The notes below the pieces were generated by a model that worked only from the letters and a program-made list of their open reading frames with translations, had not been told where the DNA came from and ran no database searches. A stretch of 63,751 nucleotides of DNA, the filler included. It is 5 parts of 5 records of this genome, joined end to end, with 100 filler letters (N's around TTAATTAATTAA, not from the genome) between each part and the next. Parts side by side here need not be neighbours in the genome. Positions count along the whole stretch, not along the records: positions 1 to 20,678 come from DRR723986_5766; 4 more parts are not named here. One strand, 5' to 3'. Below, piece after piece: positions 1-9,689 of the stretch (position 1 is its first letter; each line of letters opens with the position of its first letter). A program made the position numbers and the translations under genes.

Positions 1-30
1 GGCTGGCTGGCTGGCTGGCTGGCTGGCTGG
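1..30. repeat. (GGCT)n tetranucleotide microsatellite, at least 7.5 units, cut by window start
   Basis: ggctggctggctggctggctggctggctgg read directly. Confidence 0.95.
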
Positions 31-82
31 AAATTGTAACTTTGACATTGCCTGGCCACTTGGATTGCGTTAGGCAGTTTTA

Positions 83-100
83 GTAATGTAATAACATTAC
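83..100 (+). promoter_or_regulatory. Zur box upstream of zinT
   Basis: Near-palindrome GTAATGTAATAACATTAC, 48 bp upstream of a zinc-binding protein gene; matches alphaproteobacterial Zur operator form. Confidence 0.8.
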
Positions 101-148
101 GAATCATTTTGATACTTTCCCTCCCCCAATCAGCAGAGGATCAGATCC

Positions 149-835
149 ATGCAATCACGGTTTGGCAGGCTGGCGGGCGCATGTGCGCTCATAGCGTCGC
201 TTCTCGTTGCCGCTCCCATCCAGGCGCAGGAAGCCAAGGACAACTCGGCTAAACACGACCATTCGCACAAGCATTCACATGATCACTCGAGTGATGCCGA
301 GCGGCAGATTTACAAGGGTTACTTCGAGGACAGCCAGATCCAGCCGCGTCAGCTCACCGATTGGCAAGGCGAATGGCAATCCGTCTATCCATACCTTCAG
401 GATGGAACGCTCGATCCTGTCATGGCCCACAAGGCCGAACATGGCAGCAAGTCGGCTGAAGAGTACAAAGCCTACTACGAGACGGGCTACCGCACCGATG
501 TCGACCGGATCGTGATCGGTGCGGACAGCGTGACCTTCCAGACCGAAGCCGGCGCCTTCGAAGGGCAGTACGCTGCCGACGGCTTCGAGATCCTGAACTA
601 CAAAAAAGGCAATCGCGGCGTCCGCTTCATTTTCAGGAAAACCGCAGGTGATGACAATGCCCCGGCCTTCATCCAGTTCAGCGATCACCGGATCGCACCG
701 TCGAAGTCCGATCACTATCATCTTTACTGGGGTGAAGACCGGCAGGAAATCCTCAAGGAACTGACCAACTGGCCGACCTATTATCCGGCGGCATTGAACG
801 GAGACGAGATCGTCCGTGAAATGACGGCTCACTAA
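149..835 (+). CDS. zinT: ZinT/YodA periplasmic zinc-binding protein
   Basis: Signal peptide, His-rich N-terminus (HDHSHKHSHDH), DWQGEWQSVYPYL, QFSDHRIAP, HYHLYWG and NWPTYYP motifs. Confidence 0.93.
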   Translation: MQSRFGRLAGACALIASLLVAAPIQAQEAKDNSAKHDHSHKHSHDHSSDAERQIYKGYFEDSQIQPRQLTDWQGEWQSVYPYLQDGTLDPVMAHKAEHGSKSAEEYKAYYETGYRTDVDRIVIGADSVTFQTEAGAFEGQYAADGFEILNYKKGNRGVRFIFRKTAGDDNAPAFIQFSDHRIAPSKSDHYHLYWGEDRQEILKELTNWPTYYPAALNGDEIVREMTAH

Positions 836-861
836 AGCCGCATGCAGGCCGAAACCGATGA

Positions 862-987
862 TGCGCGCTGGCCGCCCCACCTCACAAGGCAGGTAGAGCG
901 CGCATCGTCTCGCGAGGGCGACGACAAACTACCCTCGCCAGCAGGCTTGAGCCACATCAACGCCTGCACTGCGGGCCGCGCCTAGGC
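862..987 (+). repeat. Direct repeat copy 1 (~126 bp), includes FNR/FixK-like box 947-960
   Basis: Aligns by eye with 2648-2774; shared blocks gcgcatcgtctcgcgaggg, gcttgagccacatcaacgcctgcactgc, ccgcgcctaggc. Confidence 0.9.
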
Positions 988-1027
988 GTGAGTTTTAATC
1001 AAAGTAATTCTCCGCTATGAAAGCAAA

Positions 1028-2398
1028 TTATGCCGAATTATCATTTCCGGATACTGCGTTGGCTTCGCTTTCTTCCTCAAGCGCCTGTACGGTGACATCA
1101 CTTGCTTCGTTACGCTGACTTCTGATTTGGGGAGCTTTTTCCCGCCATGGCACAATGAACTGCCCGACTTCTCGATAGAATTCGGGAACAATTTCCTCCA
1201 AATCAGATATAAAATTCTTTCTCTGCGTAAATCGACTAGAAAGTCTTCTAGAAATAAAAATCTGAAATCCCAGAACCTGAGAACCATTTTTGTTGAGCTC
1301 AATAATTGATGGGTCTTCTTTCAAGCTCTTGAAGTCTGCATGGTTATTCTCACTTCTGCCTGGCCATATGAATCTTATATGCAAATCGTCTGGAACCTTT
1401 TCCCTGAATTGCCTTAATAACCAATTCAAACGCGCCTTGGAACTTTGCTTATCCTTAGGCGCTGAAATAGACATACTTACCTCAACGGTACGGCGAGCAA
1501 TATCCGCTACAACTTCCAAAGGAGCAGCTGCATTCGGTATATCTAGCCACGTCTCTAATTTACATTGTTCCTTAAGATGTTGAAGTTCGTCTGCGATGCG
1601 CAAGCTAGGATCCGCGGCATGTTTACGCGACAAGCGCTCCGAAACCGGGGCCTCTGTCAGACGGCTGAGTATTAAAGATAGATCTTTCGTTTCTTGATGC
1701 CAGGCAATGAGTACAGTTTGGGCAATTTCTGATTTCGTTGAAATCTTGCTACCAGCTGATACTTGCTTGTTAAGCTCCACCCATTCAGGGGGCATACTAT
1801 CAAAACCTTTTACACCGGCGCTGTCATGGGTAAGAAAACGTCTAAGCTCTTCAAGTAGTAAATACTGGTCACGATCTTCGATAGAATTAGTCTTAATCAA
1901 CAAGTCTGCTGAGGTTAGCACAAACATCCACGACCAGTGAAAAATCGGTATTTTAGATCGTGTTTTCCGAACCGCTTCAATTGGATGATGATCAACTCTA
2001 GTTGCAAATTGATTGGATATTGTGAGAACACAATCAATTCCATTTTCCTTCGCCAAATTTCTATATTTTTCGATTTGATCCGAAGTTAATTCAGCAATAC
2101 CAACCTTCGCCTCAACTAGACAACGCCATTCTTTTTGTCCGTTTCTTACAATAATGAGACCATCTGGGCGGTCTTTTATTCCTTTGCTCTCATTTTTAAA
2201 TACAATTTCCGTCCAGCATTCAACGCTAGCTCGTTTTCCTATGGAAACCCCGATCGGCCTTAGTAACTCTCGAGAGAATTCATCTATTTTTGACAAGCAG
2301 GCTAACAAAATCGAAGTCGTTCGCCCTTCTTTACTTGTCGTTGCCAGTACCGGAAATAAACGAGCTGGCTCTCCTTGAATGAGATATTCTGGCCTCAT
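1028..2398 (-). CDS. Uncharacterised PD-(D/E)XK restriction-endonuclease-fold protein, AT-rich
   Basis: 456-aa ORF with RPDGLIIV...LVEAKVG motif; visibly lower GC than flanks. Confidence 0.75.
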   Translation of the reverse strand: MRPEYLIQGEPARLFPVLATTSKEGRTTSILLACLSKIDEFSRELLRPIGVSIGKRASVECWTEIVFKNESKGIKDRPDGLIIVRNGQKEWRCLVEAKVGIAELTSDQIEKYRNLAKENGIDCVLTISNQFATRVDHHPIEAVRKTRSKIPIFHWSWMFVLTSADLLIKTNSIEDRDQYLLLEELRRFLTHDSAGVKGFDSMPPEWVELNKQVSAGSKISTKSEIAQTVLIAWHQETKDLSLILSRLTEAPVSERLSRKHAADPSLRIADELQHLKEQCKLETWLDIPNAAAPLEVVADIARRTVEVSMSISAPKDKQSSKARLNWLLRQFREKVPDDLHIRFIWPGRSENNHADFKSLKEDPSIIELNKNGSQVLGFQIFISRRLSSRFTQRKNFISDLEEIVPEFYREVGQFIVPWREKAPQIRSQRNEASDVTVQALEEESEANAVSGNDNSA

Positions 2399-2647
2399 AA
2401 TGCTTCCCCCAATTCATTAATGTATTTAAGAGTGCTACTTTTGCGGGAAATGTCAAAATTTAATCTTAGAATCCTGACTTGAACAGAATCGGGAAATGAC
2501 GTCTATGATTCTGATCTAATTGGCAAAAATCAATATTTACTCTGATGATTTTTTGAAGGTTACGCCTGCCTTTCTAGCGGAGCCGTGACCATAGCTTCAC
2601 AAGCACTGGATAATGTTCCTTTGCTGAGAGCAAACTGAAATCGAAGC

Positions 2648-2774
2648 TGCGCGCTTGCCGCCCCCCCAATAAGGCAAGTAGAATGCGCATCGTCTCGCGA
2701 GGGTGACGACCGAGAAGCCTTGCCTACCAAAGCTTGAGCCACATCAACGCCTGCACTGCAGTCCGCGCCTAGGC
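2648..2774 (+). repeat. Direct repeat copy 2; promoter region of the AhpD-like gene
   Basis: Matches 862-987. Confidence 0.9.
2734..2747 (+). promoter_or_regulatory. FNR/FnrL/FixK-type box TTGAG-CCAC-ATCAA
   Basis: One mismatch to TTGAT-N4-ATCAA; putative -10 TAGGCT at 2770-2775 gives class II spacing; ATG at 2811. Confidence 0.65.
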
Positions 2775-2810
2775 TGCCTGACGTGATTTCCGGCAACATG
2801 GAGATGATGC

Positions 2811-3161
2811 ATGGCTGTTTCCGACTGGAACGAATTCGTTGCACAAACCGATGAACGCATGGCCGCCGTCCGCAAAGGCATTCCGGAGGTCGCAAAAGGC
2901 TTCGGATCCCTGGCGAAAGCCGCGACTGCTCCCGGTGCGCTTGACGCAAAAACCAAGGAACTGATCGCACTGGCCATCGGCATTACCGCGCGTTGCGATG
3001 GCTGCCTTGCCTATCACGCTCGTGCCGCAGCACGCCTCGGCGCGAACAGGGACGAGATCCTCGAAGTAATCGGCGTCTCGGTCTATATGGGCGGAGGTCC
3101 GTCCATGATCTACGGCGCTGAAGCGTTGGCGGCTTTTGACGGGCTGAAGGACGACGACTGA
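2811..3161 (+). CDS. Carboxymuconolactone decarboxylase/AhpD-family protein
   Basis: GALDAKTKELIALAI...RCDGCLAYH (CxxC) and YMGGGPS motifs. Confidence 0.9.
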   Translation: MAVSDWNEFVAQTDERMAAVRKGIPEVAKGFGSLAKAATAPGALDAKTKELIALAIGITARCDGCLAYHARAAARLGANRDEILEVIGVSVYMGGGPSMIYGAEALAAFDGLKDDD

Positions 3162-3194
3162 ACGATGCCTGTCCTGTGCGTTCAGGACATCCGT

Positions 3195-4046
3195 TCATCT
3201 CGTTTTCACCTCCCCTTCCAGGAGGGCTGTTGCCAGGGCTTCACAAGCGCTGGACTCAGCCCGTTTGCTGCGTACCAGGATGATGTCCAGCGGCTCCAGT
3301 GGCGGCAGACCTCGATCCTGATTGACACGGTCCACCGTTGGGGGAACCGCCATCTGCACGACGGCGGCAACGGCAAGGCCCGCCTCGACAAGCGTGACCA
3401 GCGCGGAATGGCTGAAACTGGAATAGGCGGAGCGGTATCGCAGGCCGCTGCGGCCCAGCGCCGCCAGGGTCACTGTCCGAGCCTGGCTTCCAGGCTCGTA
3501 AAGGGCTACGGGGAGCGGGTCACGCTCCAGCGCCTGACCATCGCGAGAGCTGATCCAGACCATCGGCTCCCGGCGGATCAGACGCCCTTCCGTGCCGCCC
3601 GTACGCGTAACGATCGCCAGGTCGATCTTGCCGTCATCGACCTGCGGCAGCAGTGCCGTCGACTGGGCACAGACGACATTCAGCTCCACACGTGGAAACA
3701 GGCTTGCGAACCGTCGCAAAACATCCGGCAGCATGGCGGCAATGTAATCGTCCGGCGCACCGATGGTGACCGTGCCTTCCATATCAGGCCTGCGAAAGGC
3801 TTCCACCGCCTCATCATGCAGGCGCAGTATCCGTCTGGCGTAACCTTCCAGCTCCTCTCCAGCGCGCGTGAGCGCGAGGTTGCGTGTATCGCGCACAAAC
3901 AACGGCTTGCCGATGCGGTCTTCCAGCCGCTGAATCTGCATGGACACGGTCGCAGGTGACTTGTGCACGCGCGTTGCCGCGCGAGAGAAGCTCATCGCGT
4001 CGACACAGGCGAGAAAGGTTCGCAGAAGAGCGTGATCGAGCTGCAT
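3195..4046 (-). CDS. LysR-family transcriptional regulator
   Basis: N-terminal HTH (SFSRAATRVHKSPATVSMQIQRLE) plus substrate-binding domain. Confidence 0.93.
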   Translation of the reverse strand: MQLDHALLRTFLACVDAMSFSRAATRVHKSPATVSMQIQRLEDRIGKPLFVRDTRNLALTRAGEELEGYARRILRLHDEAVEAFRRPDMEGTVTIGAPDDYIAAMLPDVLRRFASLFPRVELNVVCAQSTALLPQVDDGKIDLAIVTRTGGTEGRLIRREPMVWISSRDGQALERDPLPVALYEPGSQARTVTLAALGRSGLRYRSAYSSFSHSALVTLVEAGLAVAAVVQMAVPPTVDRVNQDRGLPPLEPLDIILVRSKRAESSACEALATALLEGEVKTR

Positions 4047-4193
4047 TATTCTTCAATTTTTTCAACAAGTATATTCAGATTATATCGTTTGACCAAACAA
4101 TGAAAGAGGCCTCAATTTACAGATCAACGGCGGAAATGCGTCGATGTTGTATCAGTTTGCGGTGTGCAATCGCCGCCAGTCAGGACACGTCTC

Positions 4194-5114
4194 ATGACCA
4201 GACAGACGGAAGGCATGATCGGCCTTATCGCGGCACAGACCCTGCTCGGTACAATCGGACTGTGTGTTCTGGAAAGTGGTGCGGACCCCGTTACCGTCGC
4301 CTTCTATCGATGTGCGATCGGAGGCCTGGCCCTGGTTCTCTACTGCTGGTATCGGGGTGATCTTGCCCGGCTTGCCGGACTATCGCCGCGCATCCTGGCC
4401 ATGGCTGTTGCCAGCGGCGTTCTGATGGCAGGCAATTGGGTGTTGTTCTTCGAAGGTATCCAGAGGACAGGCATTGCCGTTGCCACCATCACGTTCCACA
4501 TCCAGCCGTTTCTCGTGGTGGTTCTGGGCGCCTTCGTCTTTCGGGAAAGGCTACAGGCGGTCACTCTCCTGTGGATCGGTCTCGCTCTGGTCGGCCCTGC
4601 ACTGGCCACCGGGCTGAGCGGAATGGAACTGACGGCAGACCGGTCCTATTTCCTTGGCCTCGCCGCAACCCTGGCGGCCGCATTTCTTTATGCCGGCGTG
4701 ACAATCATCGCCAAGGGACTGACGGGAATTTCCGCTCCACAACTTGCCACCGTTCAGTTTGCCACAGGCACCTTGATGCTGGCAGCCTTCAGCCCGGCCG
4801 GTCCACTAACCCTATCGGCAGACCAATGGGGATGGCTGGCGATCATCGGCCTCGTTCATACAGGCGGTGTTTATGTCGTACTCTACAAGGCCTTGCCGAA
4901 ACTGACGACGCCAGTCATTGCCGTGCTGCTGTTCCTTTATCCGGCCAGTGCGGTGCTGGTGGATGCTCTTGCCTACGGCCATCTGATCAGCGCACTGCAA
5001 CTTGCCGGCCTGGGGCTCATCATCCTGTCCAGCCTTGCGGTTACGCTGCGGTGGGGCGTCCGGAGACTGACCACAGCCGCCGATGCACAGCTTGTACCGC
5101 CCACCACCCGCTAG
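4194..5114 (+). CDS. EamA/DMT-family transporter
   Basis: About 10 hydrophobic segments in two EamA halves; divergent from LysR; ATG 4194 preferred to GTG 4164. Confidence 0.88.
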   Translation: MTRQTEGMIGLIAAQTLLGTIGLCVLESGADPVTVAFYRCAIGGLALVLYCWYRGDLARLAGLSPRILAMAVASGVLMAGNWVLFFEGIQRTGIAVATITFHIQPFLVVVLGAFVFRERLQAVTLLWIGLALVGPALATGLSGMELTADRSYFLGLAATLAAAFLYAGVTIIAKGLTGISAPQLATVQFATGTLMLAAFSPAGPLTLSADQWGWLAIIGLVHTGGVYVVLYKALPKLTTPVIAVLLFLYPASAVLVDALAYGHLISALQLAGLGLIILSSLAVTLRWGVRRLTTAADAQLVPPTTR

Positions 5115-5133
5115 CGCTAGCGCACCTGACCCG

Positions 5134-5967
5134 TCACGACTCGTATTTCACATAGGCAAAGCGCCTGCTGTCCGGTGCCCAGGAGGGAACATTGAGCGTT
5201 CCCTGGCCGCCGAAGAGTGACCGCAGGATACGCGGAGTACCACCGTCGGCAGACATCAGGCGAAGTTCGACCGGCCGATTGGCCGGGTGTCCCGTCGTGC
5301 CAGCCTCATAGGCAAGATAGGCAACAAACCTGCCGTCGGGCGAAGGATGCGGAAACCAGTTGACCCGCTCATCGCTTGTCATCTGCTGCAAGTCGCTGCC
5401 GTCCGGCCTGATGCGCCAGAGCTGAACAGATCCCGATCTTTCACCGTTGAACCAGATCCAATTGCCGTCAGGCGTATAGTCCGGTCCGTCACAATGGTCG
5501 AAGTCACAGGTAACCTGTTTTTCCGCGCCACCGTTCAGGCCAATCGTAAACACCTGGAAGGTGTCGCCGGTTTCCGGCCGTTTGCCGACGTAGGCAAGTG
5601 TCTCTCCGTCCGGTGACCAGCCGTGCCAGTAGGATGGTGTCTGCGACGTTGTCCGCCGTGGCGCACCGCCTATTACCGGTAGCGTGTAGATGCAGCTTTC
5701 CCCTGCCTCTGTCCCGTCGCTGACTGCCAGCATCGTTCCATCCGGTGACAGGCCGTGGTCATTGTTGAGGGCTTTGGCATAGCCTGTGTCAATCTCGATC
5801 AACGCCGGATTGTCGAGCGGGAAGCGGTAGAGCCGGCCACCACCGTTCACAATCAGCGCGGCCCCGTCAGGCGTCCAGTTGGGCGCTTCCAGATGGCGGT
5901 CCGTTTCGTACAAAACGGTTTCCGTCCCGGTTTCAATTTCGATCGTTGCAAGAATGCTTTTCATCAT
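5134..5967 (-). CDS. TolB-like (PD40) beta-propeller protein
   Basis: Repeated WTPDG/SPDG/WAPDS motifs. Confidence 0.85.
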   Translation of the reverse strand: MMKSILATIEIETGTETVLYETDRHLEAPNWTPDGAALIVNGGGRLYRFPLDNPALIEIDTGYAKALNNDHGLSPDGTMLAVSDGTEAGESCIYTLPVIGGAPRRTTSQTPSYWHGWSPDGETLAYVGKRPETGDTFQVFTIGLNGGAEKQVTCDFDHCDGPDYTPDGNWIWFNGERSGSVQLWRIRPDGSDLQQMTSDERVNWFPHPSPDGRFVAYLAYEAGTTGHPANRPVELRLMSADGGTPRILRSLFGGQGTLNVPSWAPDSRRFAYVKYES

Positions 5968-6109
5968 CTGCTCCAGATTTCTTCGGAGCTTGGCACGGGA
6001 CAGCCCTTCGGAGAAAGCCCGGATATGGCGCTCAACAGCTGACCGGCGCTTCTAATCAAACTTGCTGTTGGGCAGCAGTTCGATTGGTGTGCTTACACCA
6101 GCACCTCGC

Positions 6110-7138
6110 TCAATCGCCGGCTGGCCCCCGGGTAGTTGCCCGCTGCACCAGATGTACGTCGCATACCCTGACCTGCTGCGGCAGGTCCGGGTTTTCCAGA
6201 CGTTGCATCAGCAGGTCGAGCGTCGCCTCACACAGGTCATGACGACTCTGGGAGAAGGTGGTCAGGTCGTAAGCCTTCCACGCGGCTTGGGGAATGTCGT
6301 CGTAGCCGACCACCTGAATGTCCTGTGGCACGCGCAGCCCGTGGATGTGGCGCAGGCCATCAAGTACCCCAAGCGCCAGGTAGTCAGCTGTACAAAAGAC
6401 GCCGTCGACCTCGCTGCGCACCCGGTGAACGAATTCCGCGGCCGCCAGTCCGCCGTCATAGGTCTGTGCGCCCCAGGCGATCCGTATCACCGGAACACCA
6501 CCGTCATTGGCCGCCTGTTCGAATGCGAGCGCGCGGCCGTTGATGGAAAAGGACGAGCGTTCCGGCGTGACGACCGCCAGCTTTCGGCACCCGCTTGCGA
6601 TCAGGTGTTCATACGCTTTCCGGCCACCGTCCTCGAAAGCGGTCACGACCCGGTCGACCGGTGCTCCCGGGTCACGCTTGTTGACCACCACCAGAGGCAC
6701 ACCGTTTTCGAGACATTCGATGCAGATCTCTTCCGGTGGGGTATCGGACGTGACGATGACCCCGGCGACACTGTATTGCAGCAGGGACCCGATCAGGTCG
6801 GCTACATCCGTTGATTTTTCTCCCCGCAGCAGTATCGGCCTGAACCCGCATTCCAGCAGCCCCTTGGACAGAAGGTCTATCTGCTCCGAGCGGAACGGAT
6901 TGTCGAGATCGGCGGCGACGACGCCCACCAGGTCGGACTTCTGCTTGTGCAGCGAGCGGGCCAGCACGTTGACCCGATAACCGAGTTCACGCGCGGCTGC
7001 GATCACCTTGTCCCGGGTTTCCTTGGAGACGCTGGCACCGTCGGTGAAGGTTCTGGAAACAGCCGAACGAGACACGCCCGCCAGGCGAGCGACGTCGAAG
7101 GAATTGACTGTTTTCTTGTGACCAGGAGCGTCAGGCAT
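6110..7138 (-). CDS. LacI-family transcriptional regulator
   Basis: DVARLAGVSRSAVSR HTH; VVGYDDIP C-terminal motif. Confidence 0.95.
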   Translation of the reverse strand: MPDAPGHKKTVNSFDVARLAGVSRSAVSRTFTDGASVSKETRDKVIAAARELGYRVNVLARSLHKQKSDLVGVVAADLDNPFRSEQIDLLSKGLLECGFRPILLRGEKSTDVADLIGSLLQYSVAGVIVTSDTPPEEICIECLENGVPLVVVNKRDPGAPVDRVVTAFEDGGRKAYEHLIASGCRKLAVVTPERSSFSINGRALAFEQAANDGGVPVIRIAWGAQTYDGGLAAAEFVHRVRSEVDGVFCTADYLALGVLDGLRHIHGLRVPQDIQVVGYDDIPQAAWKAYDLTTFSQSRHDLCEATLDLLMQRLENPDLPQQVRVCDVHLVQRATTRGPAGD

Positions 7139-7149
7139 GTTTCTTCCGT

Positions 7150-8631
7150 TTATATGCTTTTACCGAGCATCCGGGCGACGAGAAAGGGCTCATTCACGTT
7201 GAAGAGATCCGGCTTCAAGGCCAGCAGGCGTTTGATCTCGGAAGGGTCGTTGTCCATGTAGGCGATCATCGCCTTGCGCCCGGCCGCCCTCACCGCCTCA
7301 AAGGCTGCCGGACCGGCATTCGTCGCATTGAATTCGACAATCCCGGAACGGAAGGTGGAGAGGCACGTGTCGAGGGACTCGAAATCCTCCGCCCGCACCA
7401 TCAGTTTCGCTTGCGGAAAGGCATCGTGAATGGCTCGCAGTCTCCCGACATCGTGGGCCCAGAAGAACACGTCTTCGGCCGCCATCATTCGCAGTACCTT
7501 GGACACCGTATGGTGCGGATCCGCCTGTTTCAGCTCGACATAGAGCTTGCCGCCCATTCGCAGTGCCGTTTCCAGAACCGCACACAGGGGCGGGATGCTT
7601 TCTCCTTCGAAAAACGGATCGAACTTGCGGCCGGCATCCAGCAATGCCAACTCCGCACCCGTCTTTTCCGTGATTGCTCCACTGCCACTGGTGGTTCGGT
7701 CCAGCGTGGCGTCATGATGGACGACAAGCTGTCCGTCCGCCGTTTCCTGGACATCGATCTCGACATAGTCGAAGCCTGCTGCCCAGGCTGCCTTTGCCGA
7801 AGCCAGCGTGTTTTCCGGAGCCACCTTGCAGGCCCCCCGATGGCAGACGATTTCCGGGCTTGTGACAGCCGAGCGGGCGAACCTTGCGACCATTTCCGGC
7901 TGATCCGAACAGATACCGAGGATCGGCATCTTCACCAGAGCCTCAACCACATCGACGCGCTCTTCATGCCAGGTCACGACCGGCAGTCCGCGCTCTCTTG
8001 CCCTGGCAAAGAACGCTTCATCCAGCAAACGGTCCGGCCGTTGCCCCGCGCGCTCCCAGCAGGGATGGACGATTTCGGCGCCGCACTGATCGGCAATCGG
8101 AAAAGGATCCGTGCCCACCCCGACCAAAATGGACACGGGATAGGGACAGCCGCCAGCGATCAGTTCGGATGCATAGTCGGGCGTGTTTGCACCAACGATC
8201 ACCCGCTCGATCCGGTGGTCCAGAAGCTCCGCGATGGCCAGCGAGGCCGCCTCGCCTTCCTTGGCATCCAGATAGATGCCCGCGCCAAGACGGGCTGCAA
8301 GCCCGGCAATCTGCGAGAACAGAGGGGCTTCACGGCCAGACTCGGCGGTCAGAGCCTGCAGCCGGGCGGCGGTCACATCGGCAACCTTGAGGTCAAGTCC
8401 GCAGATTGCCTTGAGGTCTTCATCGTGAAAGGCAACCGGGATCCTGTCCACGGTCAGCCGAACATCGACCTCCCACATGTCCGCCCCAAGCTCATGGGCG
8501 ATTTCATATGCCCGCAACGTGTTGTCGAAGGCATAGGCGCTGGCACCACGGTGGGCGATGGAAAGCGGAACGGATCTCGGTTCGCCGAGCCAGGCGCGGC
8601 CCGGCTTGAAAGCTTGCAATGCCGTTTCCAT
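7150..8631 (-). CDS. Glycerophosphodiester phosphodiesterase with two tandem GDPD domains
   Basis: IAHRGAS...DNTL...EVDV and VCHRGAC...PENTL...EIDVQET...HHD motifs. Confidence 0.9.
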   Translation of the reverse strand: METALQAFKPGRAWLGEPRSVPLSIAHRGASAYAFDNTLRAYEIAHELGADMWEVDVRLTVDRIPVAFHDEDLKAICGLDLKVADVTAARLQALTAESGREAPLFSQIAGLAARLGAGIYLDAKEGEAASLAIAELLDHRIERVIVGANTPDYASELIAGGCPYPVSILVGVGTDPFPIADQCGAEIVHPCWERAGQRPDRLLDEAFFARARERGLPVVTWHEERVDVVEALVKMPILGICSDQPEMVARFARSAVTSPEIVCHRGACKVAPENTLASAKAAWAAGFDYVEIDVQETADGQLVVHHDATLDRTTSGSGAITEKTGAELALLDAGRKFDPFFEGESIPPLCAVLETALRMGGKLYVELKQADPHHTVSKVLRMMAAEDVFFWAHDVGRLRAIHDAFPQAKLMVRAEDFESLDTCLSTFRSGIVEFNATNAGPAAFEAVRAAGRKAMIAYMDNDPSEIKRLLALKPDLFNVNEPFLVARMLGKSI

Positions 8632-9689
8632 CAGAGCCTGCCGCCGTCCGGACCAAAGGCAAGAATGCGGTCTTCCGCAATGCCCCAGGTGACCTCGTCA
8701 CCCAGCTTGTAATTGCCGCCATGCGGCTGGATCGACCGCAGCACGGCACCGTTTTCCAGGGTGACGTCGTAAAGCTCTTCCCGGCCCTGGATCTCGACGA
8801 AGCTGACCTTTCCGGTCACCTTCAGCGGGTGGTCCGGCTGAAAGAACTCCGGACGAATGCCGAGACGCATCGGCGCGCCGTGACCGGGGGCTGCAATGCC
8901 GGACGGGATCGGCAGTTTGACCTTCGAGTTTGCCAGGCGGAAACCACCATCTTCTGTGGCTCCGTCCAGAAACGCGATCGGCGGATTGCCAAGGAAGCCT
9001 GCGACGAAGTCCGACGAGGGGTTGTCATACATTTCCGAGGGGCTGGACAGTTGGACGATCTCGCCCTTCTTCATGATCGCGATCCGGTCGCACATGGACA
9101 TGGCTTCGACCTGATCGTGTGTGACAAGCACCGCGGTAATGCCGGTTTCCTGCTGAATGCGCCGGATCTCCGAGCGCATTTCCAGACGCAGTTTCGCATC
9201 GAGGTTTGCCAGAGGCTCGTCGAGCAACAGAATGTCAGGCTCACGGACCAGTGCCCGTGCCAGGGCCACGCGCTGCTGCTGTCCACCGGACAGCTGCACG
9301 GGGCGGCGCGCCATCAACTCTCCGATCTGGACGAGACTGGCGATCTCCTGGACCTTGCGGTCAATATCGGCCTTGTTCTCCCGGCGCGCCTTCAGCGGAA
9401 ACGCGATGTTCTCGTGGACGGTCATGTGCGGGTAGAGCGCATAGTTCTGGAATACGACGCCGACGTTGCGTTGCTGCGAGGGAACGGTCGTGACGTCCCT
9501 TTCGCCAAACACAAGACGGCCACCGTCCATGCGGTGAATGCCGCACACGGCAAACAGCGTCGTGGATTTGCCGCAGCCGGAAGGCCCGAGCAGGGCCAGC
9601 ATCTCGCCGCTGTCGATCGTCAGGGACATGTTGTCGATGACGGTGGTCTCACCAAATTTCTTGGTGAAGTTTTCAAGTGCGATACGCAT
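8631..9689 (-). CDS. ABC transporter ATP-binding protein (UgpC/MalK-like)
   Basis: GPSGCGKST, LSGGQQQRVALARAL, LLDEP; real start MRIALENF at 9689 overlaps upstream stop. Confidence 0.95.
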   Translation of the reverse strand: MRIALENFTKKFGETTVIDNMSLTIDSGEMLALLGPSGCGKSTTLFAVCGIHRMDGGRLVFGERDVTTVPSQQRNVGVVFQNYALYPHMTVHENIAFPLKARRENKADIDRKVQEIASLVQIGELMARRPVQLSGGQQQRVALARALVREPDILLLDEPLANLDAKLRLEMRSEIRRIQQETGITAVLVTHDQVEAMSMCDRIAIMKKGEIVQLSSPSEMYDNPSSDFVAGFLGNPPIAFLDGATEDGGFRLANSKVKLPIPSGIAAPGHGAPMRLGIRPEFFQPDHPLKVTGKVSFVEIQGREELYDVTLENGAVLRSIQPHGGNYKLGDEVTWGIAEDRILAFGPDGGRL

